Shown in pieces: positions 5,351 to 13,263 of a stretch of 24,000 nucleotides of DNA. The stretch spans positions 29,180-53,179 of the forward strand of contig JAGLME010000003.1 in assembly GCA_023140195.1 (NCBI GenBank). Direction: 5' to 3'. Under the pieces are notes generated by a model. It was not told the origin of the DNA. It was given only the letters and a program-made list of their open reading frames with translations, and did not search any database. Positions within the stretch are counted from its first letter, which is position 1. The number at the start of each line of letters is the position of its first letter. The translations under genes and the position numbers were made by a program. This DNA comes from Thermoplasmata archaeon. GTDB lineage: Archaea > Thermoplasmatota > Thermoplasmata > RBG-16-68-12 > SOIM01.

Positions 5351-7090
5351 CTACACAATCGGGGTCAGATTCGTCTTCGGATATCCCTTCGAAACATCGA
5401 AGGACAGAGCGAAGAGCTCGGTGAACGGCTTCTCCCCGTAGAGCACTACCGAGCCGTCAATGTTCTCTATCTTCAGGTGAGTGTGAGCGACGTTGGCCAA
5501 CTTGCCAATGGACTCGTCCGTCGGCACCAGAATTCCCACAAAGATGTCCTTGTCCCTTCTGATCGACGTCAGGTGTGCTGTGAGGCCTTCTATCAGTTCC
5601 CCACCGCCGTACATGGATTCCAAGGTGTCAAATGAGAGGATTGACAAGTATGGATGTTTCGAATCCTGCAGGCTGAACTCTATCTTCTTCCATTTCAGAT
5701 CCTCAGCGACATCTCCTCCGTCCAGCGCGATCGCGTTCTCAGCGCCTACGAAGGTCTCCAGTTGCAGCGCCTCGAAGACCCTGACGTACTTGTTGTACAC
5801 TTCCTCTCCCAGGTATGGTGATATCTGACCTGCCACGATCTCCGCAGGAGCCCTCTTGGATGGCAAGAATGCCACTCCCCGGCTCTGAGCGGCGAAGTTG
5901 GATATGATCCCGGCTTTGATATTGTCGATGTAGTAGCTGGGGACGTTTCCGCCCACCTCTATCGCAATTATGGATCCCTTCTTCACCCCTCCTATGAGCT
6001 GATCCAGCTCCTCGTTCCCGGTTGAGACGACATCCTCTGAGACATCCTGGACCACCTTCCAAGGCTTGATCTCCTGTGGCATCTCTTCCTGGCCGAACGC
6101 GAAGGTCCTCACCCGTCCGTCCTTCAGAGTGTAAATGTACTTGTGCTGGGTGATCTCGGACCCTCTCAGTTTCTCAATGTTCAGGACCCTCAACCTTCGT
6201 CCCTTGTGCTCCGCCTTGGCGAAGGAGATCACACCATCTCCCAGATAGTCAAGCTTGTTGTCCATGCCGGTCTCCAGGATGTAGAGAACATCCGCCTGTG
6301 ATTGCTCCACCAGATCCTTCTGGAGGGTGTTGATGAGCTTGGATGAGTGAACACCATATCTCTCGCTTAGAGCGTCAATGCTGTCGATTAGGACCAGTGT
6401 CTTGTCCGGAAGGGTCTGCTCGACCATGTCGTATGCCAGATCTATCTCCGGGAGATCCGATCCAAGGTCGAAGATTATTGTGTCCTCGAGGAATGAACCT
6501 TCCCCAAGACCGCCGAAGTCCTCGTCCATGCCTTCCTCTCCCATCTCGATCCTCCCTTCCAGTTTTTGCAGCTCTTGGCGGTTCACTTTCTGACCGCCCA
6601 AGGATGTACCTTCCAGGGACCGAAGCAACTGCTGGGCCGTTCTGATCCTCACTTCCAGGGCCACATCAGTGTCCTTCTCCTGATGAACGTAGTTCGAGGT
6701 GAGCGTCTTTGCGTAGCTCTTGGCCATCTTCAGTTTCTCTTTCTCCGCCAGCTTCTTCCTCAGCCATGGGAATTGGTTGTACAGCGATTCGTCTGAGACC
6801 CTCACTGAGATGTAATGGCTCTTGGTTATGTTGTCCAGCTCCTCGGCTAGCTGCAACGCAAAAGTGGTCTTTCCTGTACCTGCCAGCCCTTTGACGATCA
6901 ACGAATGACCGCCGGGGCCTTTGAAGAAGTTCACGAGTTCTGTTGGTATTCCCGCTGATCCTGTCAATTTCCCACCTCGGGAGGTCGAGATTGACGTCGG
7001 TATAAGATACTTTGGCCCTCTATTATCAGTTCTGATATCGATGTTCGGAAGGGCGTAGATGACCGTCCCGTCTTGGATCGCGCAAGTCAC
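5351..7090 (-). CDS. tandem RecA-superfamily (KaiC/RadA-like) ATPase: active N-terminal domain, degenerate C-terminal domain
   Basis: 579 aa, GTG start 10 nt after the UDG stop. Walker A is GLAGTGKTT (nt 6863-6889) and the Walker-B-like strand is TLVLIDSID. The second domain (LIGGVKKGSIIAIEVGGNVPS) lacks the GKT lysine. Confidence 0.85.
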   Translation of the reverse strand: MTCAIQDGTVIYALPNIDIRTDNRGPKYLIPTSISTSRGGKLTGSAGIPTELVNFFKGPGGHSLIVKGLAGTGKTTFALQLAEELDNITKSHYISVRVSDESLYNQFPWLRKKLAEKEKLKMAKSYAKTLTSNYVHQEKDTDVALEVRIRTAQQLLRSLEGTSLGGQKVNRQELQKLEGRIEMGEEGMDEDFGGLGEGSFLEDTIIFDLGSDLPEIDLAYDMVEQTLPDKTLVLIDSIDALSERYGVHSSKLINTLQKDLVEQSQADVLYILETGMDNKLDYLGDGVISFAKAEHKGRRLRVLNIEKLRGSEITQHKYIYTLKDGRVRTFAFGQEEMPQEIKPWKVVQDVSEDVVSTGNEELDQLIGGVKKGSIIAIEVGGNVPSYYIDNIKAGIISNFAAQSRGVAFLPSKRAPAEIVAGQISPYLGEEVYNKYVRVFEALQLETFVGAENAIALDGGDVAEDLKWKKIEFSLQDSKHPYLSILSFDTLESMYGGGELIEGLTAHLTSIRRDKDIFVGILVPTDESIGKLANVAHTHLKIENIDGSVVLYGEKPFTELFALSFDVSKGYPKTNLTPIV

Positions 7091-7100
7091 GCTAGATATT

Positions 7101-7667
7101 CTATTTGGAGGCTAGACGCTCGGCCCTCTTAAGGTCCGTGACTATCTCCTTCTGCAAGCCACGATTGTAGATGATGGCAGCCGGATGGTACGTCACCACT
7201 ATCGGCACCCCATTGTGATCCAGTTTCTTCCCCCTCAGTTCTGCTATCTTCTGCATGGCGCCGATAAGGCCTTTGGCGCCAAATCTTCCGAGAGCGACCA
7301 GGACCTTCGGGGATATTGTGCTGATCTGGCTCTCCAGGTGGGGTGTGCATGCTTCGATCTCGTCGGTCTTCGGATTCCTGTTCTTTGGCGGTCTGCACTT
7401 CAATACGCTGGTGATGAAGACCTGTTCCCTATTCAGACCTGCTGCTTCCAGTGCCTCGTCCAGGATCCTCCCAGCATACCCAACGAACGGCCTGCCTAGC
7501 TCGTCCTCTGATTTTCCCGGAGCCTCCCCGATGAGTATTATCTTAGCGTTGGATGCCCCCTCACCAGGTACCGCGTGGGTCCTGCTTTTCGCCAGATGAC
7601 ATCTCCTGCACCGTCTGACCCTTGTTGCGATCTTCCTGAGTTCGTCCTTCTTGGCCAAGGCATTCAC
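7101..7667 (-). CDS. udg: uracil-DNA glycosylase, family 4 (Fe-S type)
   Basis: 188 aa. The motifs are CRRCHL, GEAPGKSED and PFVGYAGRILD, plus the later Cys residues (LKCRPP, EACTPHL). GTG start, 3 nt after the PolX stop. Confidence 0.9.
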   Translation of the reverse strand: MNALAKKDELRKIATRVRRCRRCHLAKSRTHAVPGEGASNAKIILIGEAPGKSEDELGRPFVGYAGRILDEALEAAGLNREQVFITSVLKCRPPKNRNPKTDEIEACTPHLESQISTISPKVLVALGRFGAKGLIGAMQKIAELRGKKLDHNGVPIVVTYHPAAIIYNRGLQKEIVTDLKRAERLASK

Positions 7668-7670
7668 CCT

Positions 7671-9413
7671 CTACCTGAGATATGTTTTGAGCTCTTCAGC
7701 GGTCATCGTGTTGAGAACGTCCTCCTTCTCCAGCCATCCGCGTCTCGCCGTTCCCACCCCGAATTTGATGAATTGCAGATCATGGATGCTGTGGGTATCC
7801 GTGCCCAATGATATCTTCGCCCCAGCCTCCTTTGCCATTCTAGCGTGCGGCCCGTTGAGGTCCAGTCTGTCCGGGAAGCAGTTGATCTCAAGTGCCGTCC
7901 TGGTTTCGGCCGCCTCATCCATTATCTCTTCGATGTCCAGTTCGTAAGGGTCCCTCCTGCCTATGAGACGTCCGGTCGGATGCGCGAGTATGTCCATGTT
8001 CTCGTTCCTCATCGCCTCCACCATCCTCTCGGTCATCTGCCTTTCCGGCATCGAGAATTTGGAATGGACTGCTCCCACAACCACATCCAATTCCTTTAGG
8101 ATCGAGTCATCCAGGTCGAGCTCTCCATTGTCCTTGATGTCCGCTTCGATGCCTGTGAGGATCTTGAAGTCCCTCATCTTCCTGTCGACCTTCTTCACCT
8201 CCTTGATCTGCAGTTCAAGCTCTTCCTCGGAAAGTCCGTTCGCAATCTTGAGAGACTTGGAATGATCTGTGATCGCGATGTATTCTCTTCCCTGGGCCTT
8301 GGCGGCCTCCGCGATACCTTGGATGCTCTTCCCTCCGTCGCTCCAGTCCGTGTGAACATGCAGATCCCCTTTGACGTCCTCAAGTTCGATCAGGTCCGGG
8401 AGCTTTCCGTCCAGCGAAGCCTCTATCTCTCCAGCATCCTCTCTTAGTTCGGGTGCAATGTAAGACATTCCCAGCAGTTCGTAGATCTCTTCTTCCCCCT
8501 TCCCACCTATCTTCTCATCACCTTCAAAGACCCCGTATTCGTTGATCTTCAGCCCCATTCTCTGAGCGATCGACCTGAGATGTATGTTGTGGTCCTTGGA
8601 GCCGGTGAAGTACTGCAGTGCGGCGCCGAAGCTTCCTGACTCGACCACCCTCAGGTCCGCTTGGAGGTCACCTTCCAGGTAAACAGTGGTCTTGGTCTTT
8701 CCCTTGAGGGCCACATCCTCAACATGTGGCAGGTTCGAGAATGCGTCCATTACGACCTCGGGATTCCCCGAGACCGCCAGTATGTCAATGTCTCCCACGG
8801 TTTCCTTCATCCTTCTCAGCGATCCGGCCACACTTATCTTCTCCACCTTGGATCTGAGGCTCTCCACCACTTCCTCAGCGATTGGCAGGGCCTCTCCGAG
8901 CAGCATCCTTCCCTTTGTCCGCTTGAGCATCTCTATGCCTTTCAGAATGTTCTTCTCGGTCTTCTCCCCGAAGCCCCTTAACCGTCTTATCCTCCTCTCT
9001 CTCGCCGCCTTCTCGAGCTCATCCAGGCTTGATATCCCCCTCTCCCTGTAAAGAAGTCCTGCCTTCTTGGGCCCCATTCCGGGAACCGCCAGGATATCGA
9101 GCACTCCCTGAGGAATCTCCGTTCTCAACCTCTCGTGAAGTGGAATCTTGCCTAAGTCCAGGTACTCCCCGATCTTCTTAGCGATGTTCTTGCCGATGCC
9201 CTGCAACCCAGTCAGTTCCCCCCTCTTCCTGATCTTCTCCAGGTCCTCTGGAAGTTCCTCTATCACCCTTGCCGCCCATCGATACGCTCTCGGCGTGAAC
9301 TGCTCGTTCTTGATGTCCAGCATGTCAGCGATCTCGTAGAGGATCCTCGCGATCTCCTGGTTCTTCACGGATTGAGAATTCTGGATTGGCGATAAATAGT
9401 TTCTCTCACTCAC
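7671..9413 (-). CDS. polX: family X DNA polymerase with C-terminal PHP domain
   Basis: 580 aa. The HhH motifs are GIGKNIAKKI and VPGMGPKKA. The nucleotidyltransferase motif is GSLRRMKETVGDIDIL. The PHP motifs are GDLHVHTDWSDG and ITDHS. Codon 1 at 9413 is GTG; the in-frame GTG at 9368 (VKNQEIARILYEIADML) is an equally plausible start. Confidence 0.9.
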   Translation of the reverse strand: MSERNYLSPIQNSQSVKNQEIARILYEIADMLDIKNEQFTPRAYRWAARVIEELPEDLEKIRKRGELTGLQGIGKNIAKKIGEYLDLGKIPLHERLRTEIPQGVLDILAVPGMGPKKAGLLYRERGISSLDELEKAARERRIRRLRGFGEKTEKNILKGIEMLKRTKGRMLLGEALPIAEEVVESLRSKVEKISVAGSLRRMKETVGDIDILAVSGNPEVVMDAFSNLPHVEDVALKGKTKTTVYLEGDLQADLRVVESGSFGAALQYFTGSKDHNIHLRSIAQRMGLKINEYGVFEGDEKIGGKGEEEIYELLGMSYIAPELREDAGEIEASLDGKLPDLIELEDVKGDLHVHTDWSDGGKSIQGIAEAAKAQGREYIAITDHSKSLKIANGLSEEELELQIKEVKKVDRKMRDFKILTGIEADIKDNGELDLDDSILKELDVVVGAVHSKFSMPERQMTERMVEAMRNENMDILAHPTGRLIGRRDPYELDIEEIMDEAAETRTALEINCFPDRLDLNGPHARMAKEAGAKISLGTDTHSIHDLQFIKFGVGTARRGWLEKEDVLNTMTAEELKTYLR

Positions 9414-9451
9414 CCAGAACCCTTTTTATGTCCCTCTTTGATTATGCCCTG

Positions 9452-10276
9452 ATGAAGCTGATCGTCGTCTCAAGGAACGACACCGCCAGTCTGAACATCT
9501 CCAAGAATCTCTTGAACTTGAGGGAATGGGAGGACGCAGGAGAGTTCTCTGGCAATCCCCTTCGCAAGAGTGGGGACTTCTTGATGGCAACGATCAATGA
9601 CGAACACCTCTCCCATGACGGTCTTGACCGAGAGCTCCAGGAATCGACAGACATTGAACCAGAGGTCATGATATTCGCGTCAAGACACAAGAGCGCTTCC
9701 GGGCTTAGGAGCTTCACCGTTCACACGCCGGGCAACTTCTCCAAGGCAGAGATGGGAGGCAGGAGCGGGGAACTGGTGCCTTCCAGCCCCCACTACAAGA
9801 CGAACGCCCTGAGGAATCTGAAGGAACTCGCCAAGAACATGGACCACACCGTCTCATACGAGGCCACACACCACGGACCCTACCTTGAGACACCGGCATT
9901 CTACATCGAGATCGGAAGCGACGAGACCTGCTGGGTGGAAGAGGAAGCCGGACGTGTAATCGCGGAGGCGATTCTCTCCATTGATCAGGAGAAGGACCCT
10001 GTTGCAATTGGGATCGGAGGCGGACATTATGCGCCTCGGCATACCGACGTCGCTCTCAAGAACCGTCTGTGCTTCGGGCACATCATTGCCAATTACGCAC
10101 TTGAATCGATAACTGAAGAGATGTTGGCCAAGGCGATCGACAGGACCCCGGATGCAGAATATGTGTATTTCCACAGGAAGGCGATGAAGAAACCGCAATA
10201 TCGGGAACTCAAGGCTTGGTTCGAGGATCACGGTCTTCAGGCGGTGAGCCAGAAGGACATCCCGAGCAGACTCTGA
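9452..10276 (+). CDS. dtdA: D-aminoacyl-tRNA deacylase, archaeal type
   Basis: I start at ATG 9452 (MKLIVVSRNDTASLNISKNLL), which matches the usual N-terminus of this family; the track ORF begins at 9386. It also has the SRHKS and EATHHGP motifs. 274 aa. Confidence 0.85.
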   Translation: MKLIVVSRNDTASLNISKNLLNLREWEDAGEFSGNPLRKSGDFLMATINDEHLSHDGLDRELQESTDIEPEVMIFASRHKSASGLRSFTVHTPGNFSKAEMGGRSGELVPSSPHYKTNALRNLKELAKNMDHTVSYEATHHGPYLETPAFYIEIGSDETCWVEEEAGRVIAEAILSIDQEKDPVAIGIGGGHYAPRHTDVALKNRLCFGHIIANYALESITEEMLAKAIDRTPDAEYVYFHRKAMKKPQYRELKAWFEDHGLQAVSQKDIPSRL

Positions 10277-10348
10277 CGGTGCTACACCTTAGACTTTCTG
10301 GCCAAAAGACTAATATTCAATCCATCCATTATGCCTTGAGGGTGTGGA

Positions 10349-10987
10349 ATGCTCAAGGAGTGCAGGTCCCACGGTTTCTTCCGTGAAGAGTTCTGTCCAT
10401 CATGCGAAGGCAAAGGGAAGTTCCTTCTGAGTGATAGCGAACTGGACAGTCTGGGCAGGACGATGGCGGGCGTTCTCCGTCATTTTCCGGAGAGATATGG
10501 GCTGGACATGGACGAACATGGTTTTGTGGATCTAAGGGATTTCATCACTGCGTTGCAGATCAGGAACAAGAAGTTCAGGTTCCTGAAACCTCATCATATT
10601 CTGGGTGTCATCGAGACCGACGCAAAGGGGAGGTACGAGTTCAGGGACGGAAGGATCAGGGCGACATACGCCCACTCCTTCGAGGTGGACCTGGACCTTC
10701 CTCAGGACAACATCCCGACCATTCTCTACTTCCCGACGACGGAGGAGGAGACCCCCATACTGCTGGAAATCGGTCTGAAACCCTCGGACAGGAAGATGGT
10801 CCACCTGAGCCACTCTTACGAGGACGCCATGGAGGCTGGGAGAGTCAGGACCGACGATCCGATAATCCTAGAGGTAAACACCGAGAAGGCGATTGACCAA
10901 GGTGTCGTGATAATGAAGGCTGGCAAGACCGTCTACGTCACCAAAGAGACACCACCAGACTGCCTTTCCACTGCAAAGAAGAGGTAG
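10349..10987 (+). CDS. kptA: RNA 2'-phosphotransferase (Tpt1/KptA family) with N-terminal zinc ribbon
   Basis: 212 aa. CRSHG...CPSCEG is followed by LGRTMAGVLRH, HGFVDLRDF, GRYEF...IRATYAHS and VHLSHSYEDAMEAGRVR, corresponding to the conserved Arg/His catalytic positions of the family. Confidence 0.85.
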   Translation: MLKECRSHGFFREEFCPSCEGKGKFLLSDSELDSLGRTMAGVLRHFPERYGLDMDEHGFVDLRDFITALQIRNKKFRFLKPHHILGVIETDAKGRYEFRDGRIRATYAHSFEVDLDLPQDNIPTILYFPTTEEETPILLEIGLKPSDRKMVHLSHSYEDAMEAGRVRTDDPIILEVNTEKAIDQGVVIMKAGKTVYVTKETPPDCLSTAKKR

Positions 10988-11026
10988 GATTTCTGTTATC
11001 AATTGCCGATAAGCATCACCAATACC

Positions 11027-11034
11027 TTTAAAAT
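11027..11034 (+). promoter_or_regulatory. TATA box (TTTAAAAT) upstream of the RDD gene
   Basis: Reads cctTTTAAAATgg, 33-40 nt upstream of ATG 11067, in an AT-rich intergenic gap. Confidence 0.4.
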
Positions 11035-11066
11035 GGAGAATCAGAATACGATTTTAGAACCTAAGG

Positions 11067-11897
11067 ATGGAGATGCGCATGACCACAGGTTTCGATATTA
11101 TTGGCAACAATAAGGCACTGCAGGACCATTGGCTCAGGCGAATAGTCGCTCTCATCATTGATGGGATAATAATCGGTGTAATTGCCTTCTTGGTCAGCAT
11201 CGTTTTCTGGATTCTCTCCCCCATAGGATTCATCGGATGGTTCTTCTCGGGACTTCTGATGTTTCTGTACTTCATCGCCTTCGAAATGATGATGGGCGGG
11301 ACTCCAGGAAAGAAGCTCTTGAGCTTGGAAGTAGTGTCGACCCAAGAGGGAGAGCTGAGCTTCGTGTCCTCCCTCATGAGGAACATATCCAAGATATTCT
11401 GGGTATTCCTGCTGATAGACTGGATCGTCGGAATGTTCACGGACGGCGATCCCCGACAGAAGATGTTGGACAGATATGCTAATACCACGGTTCAGAGAAC
11501 CGACCAGCGGGCCTACATGGAACAGCAGTTCAGACAGATGGCCTATGTGCCACCCCATCCCACATACCAACCACCACCGGGGCAACCCCAGCAGCAGTCA
11601 TACCAGCCCTCACAGCAGACCCAGCAGCAGCCGCAGGGACAAGCGGGCGCATGGCCACACCAAGAGGAGAAGCCGAAGACCGACTGGCCCCAGCATGACC
11701 CCGGTCAGGCACCGCCACAGCAGCAGCCACAAGCACAACAACAACCCCAGCAGCAGTCTTACCAGCCTCCGCCACAACAGCAAGCAAGCCAACCACCTCA
11801 ACAGGACGCACCGAGGTTCTGCCAGAATTGTGGAACCACACTCACACCTGGAGCTGACGGAAGACCAACTTGCGGGAATTGCGGGAAGACGTACTAG
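11067..11897 (+). CDS. RDD-family membrane protein with Pro/Gln-rich linker and C-terminal zinc ribbon
   Basis: 276 aa. The RDD signature is WLRRIVALIIDGIIIG, with three hydrophobic spans. A P/Q tract of about 90 aa follows, then CQNCG...CGNCG. Confidence 0.8.
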   Translation: MEMRMTTGFDIIGNNKALQDHWLRRIVALIIDGIIIGVIAFLVSIVFWILSPIGFIGWFFSGLLMFLYFIAFEMMMGGTPGKKLLSLEVVSTQEGELSFVSSLMRNISKIFWVFLLIDWIVGMFTDGDPRQKMLDRYANTTVQRTDQRAYMEQQFRQMAYVPPHPTYQPPPGQPQQQSYQPSQQTQQQPQGQAGAWPHQEEKPKTDWPQHDPGQAPPQQQPQAQQQPQQQSYQPPPQQQASQPPQQDAPRFCQNCGTTLTPGADGRPTCGNCGKTY

Positions 11898-13051
11898 GTT
11901 ACGATCTTCTCCATCGCATCCATTTCTATTCCGCGTCTTATCTCCAGTGCCAACCTTCTTCCGGTGCTCATAATGGTTCTCCAGATGGAGTTGCCATATG
12001 GGTGACCGACGGCCAGGTGTACGTTCGTTCCTCCACCGACCCTCGGCGAAACGTCATAAATCCAGAAGTTCAAATCCTTGTCAACGCACGTCTGCAGAGT
12101 GAAGGCCCCTATCATTCCCGGCGAGTAGTACTCCTTGGTGCCCTCCACGTATTTCTCAGCAAGCGGGAACACCTTCCTCAACAGCGACTCCCTCAATGTG
12201 GCGCTGTTGTGGCCGCAGACCGTGTATTCGGGCGTCGCCTGTGATTCGAGCAGGGTCATCTGCTGTGGTGCGGGAAGTCTCACATGTCCATCAAGTGAGG
12301 TCTCGAACCTCCAGTCTATGCCCAGAAGCTCGAGTTTCTCTGCGCCTTCTGTCAGCGGTGAATAAAAGAAATCGAAGTTGAACACCGGACCGACGATGTA
12401 CTCCTCTATCCTCGCCTTTTCGAGATCCTCTTTCGTTATGACGTCGTTCCTCAGGAGAGCTTCCACTTTCTCGATATACTCCTTGTAGCTGGCCGCCGTG
12501 AAGAATCCCCGTTCCAACCTCTTGACCTTGTGGGGGAGCTTGACCATGACCAGGAAATCGATGTCCTCCGGGTTCTCAAGTTTCTTGGGGAAGGGCATAT
12601 CCATCTTCTCCAGTATCCAGTAATAGTCCCTGTCCTCTCCCCTCTCTTCCGATCTCAACAGGTTCCTGCTGCCGACTATGGGCACGTAGAACTCGTTCTC
12701 CACGCCGTCGATTCCGGCATAGGCCACAAGCGACCTGTGCGGGGCGAAGACAGCATTCTCCCCGATTATCATGTCCTGGTTCTTGGGTTCCAGGATCTCG
12801 TTGAACTTGTCGAAGACGACCGCCTTGTCCACTATTCCCCTGACGAGCGTCCCGTCCGCTGAACGCTCGGCCTTGAAGTAGCGAGTGTAGGGTTCCTCTC
12901 TCCCCTTCTCGCATATCACCATTGTCTGGAATCCTTCGTCCACGGCACCATCGCAAACATCCAGCGCAGAATGGGATCCCAGGACTCCGATCTTCGCTTT
13001 GCTCAAGTCATATTTCTCAAGTGATTCAAGAACTCTCTTTCTCTCTATCAT
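11894..13051 (-). CDS. purP: 5-formaminoimidazole-4-carboxamide ribonucleotide (FAICAR) synthetase PurP
   Basis: IGVLGSHSALDVCDGAVDEGFQTMVICEKGR and the ATP-grasp body match archaeal PurP. I start at ATG 13051 (MIERKRVLESLEKYDLSKAKIGVLGSHS), which is preceded by GGAGGT. The track ORF extends to 13111. Confidence 0.9.
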   Translation of the reverse strand: MIERKRVLESLEKYDLSKAKIGVLGSHSALDVCDGAVDEGFQTMVICEKGREEPYTRYFKAERSADGTLVRGIVDKAVVFDKFNEILEPKNQDMIIGENAVFAPHRSLVAYAGIDGVENEFYVPIVGSRNLLRSEERGEDRDYYWILEKMDMPFPKKLENPEDIDFLVMVKLPHKVKRLERGFFTAASYKEYIEKVEALLRNDVITKEDLEKARIEEYIVGPVFNFDFFYSPLTEGAEKLELLGIDWRFETSLDGHVRLPAPQQMTLLESQATPEYTVCGHNSATLRESLLRKVFPLAEKYVEGTKEYYSPGMIGAFTLQTCVDKDLNFWIYDVSPRVGGGTNVHLAVGHPYGNSIWRTIMSTGRRLALEIRRGIEMDAMEKIVT

Positions 13052-13116
13052 AACCTCCCCACCGGTCGAATCGGTAATCACCATCGGGATATTAAGAGTT
13101 GCCCAAAACAAGGGAG

Positions 13117-13187
13117 TAGCCCCGGCCGGATTTGAACCGGCGACAAGAGATCCAAAGTCTCCTATGTTACCTCTACACCACGGGGCT
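13117..13187 (-). tRNA. tRNA-Gln (anticodon UUG)
   Basis: Minus-strand read: AGCCCCG TG GTGT AGAGGTA ACAT A GGAGA CTTTGGA TCTCT TGTC GCCGG TTCAAAT CCGGC CGGGGCT A. All stems pair. It has A1-U72 and A73, and no encoded CCA. 71 nt. Confidence 0.9.
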
Positions 13188-13215
13188 ATATCACTTCAGC
13201 GAATAGCGTTACCCT

Positions 13216-13223
13216 TTCATAAA
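13216..13223 (-). promoter_or_regulatory. TATA-like box TTTATGAA upstream of tRNA-Gln(UUG)
   Basis: It lies 29-36 nt upstream of the tRNA 5' end. A near-identical box (CTTATGAA) sits at the same distance from the other tRNA-Gln. Confidence 0.4.
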
Positions 13224-13263
13224 CTGTACTTTGACGCTGGAAGAGGACAAGACGCCTCTCCAG

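Noticed and set aside
9386-9451. Longer start for dtdA (track ORF begins at 9386)
   Set aside because: The extension would overlap the PolX start on the other strand. It would also add residues not seen at the family's typical MK(L/V)I N-terminus. ATG 9452 is preferred, and ATG 9428 cannot be excluded.
11054-11973. Several overlapping ORFs (11054-11488 -, 11061-11585 -, 11476-11973 +, 11530-11841 -, 11610-11801 -)
   Set aside because: All overlap the RDD gene and its CAG/CCN-rich tract, which is open in many frames. None has motifs, whereas the RDD frame has a recognisable domain plus a zinc ribbon.
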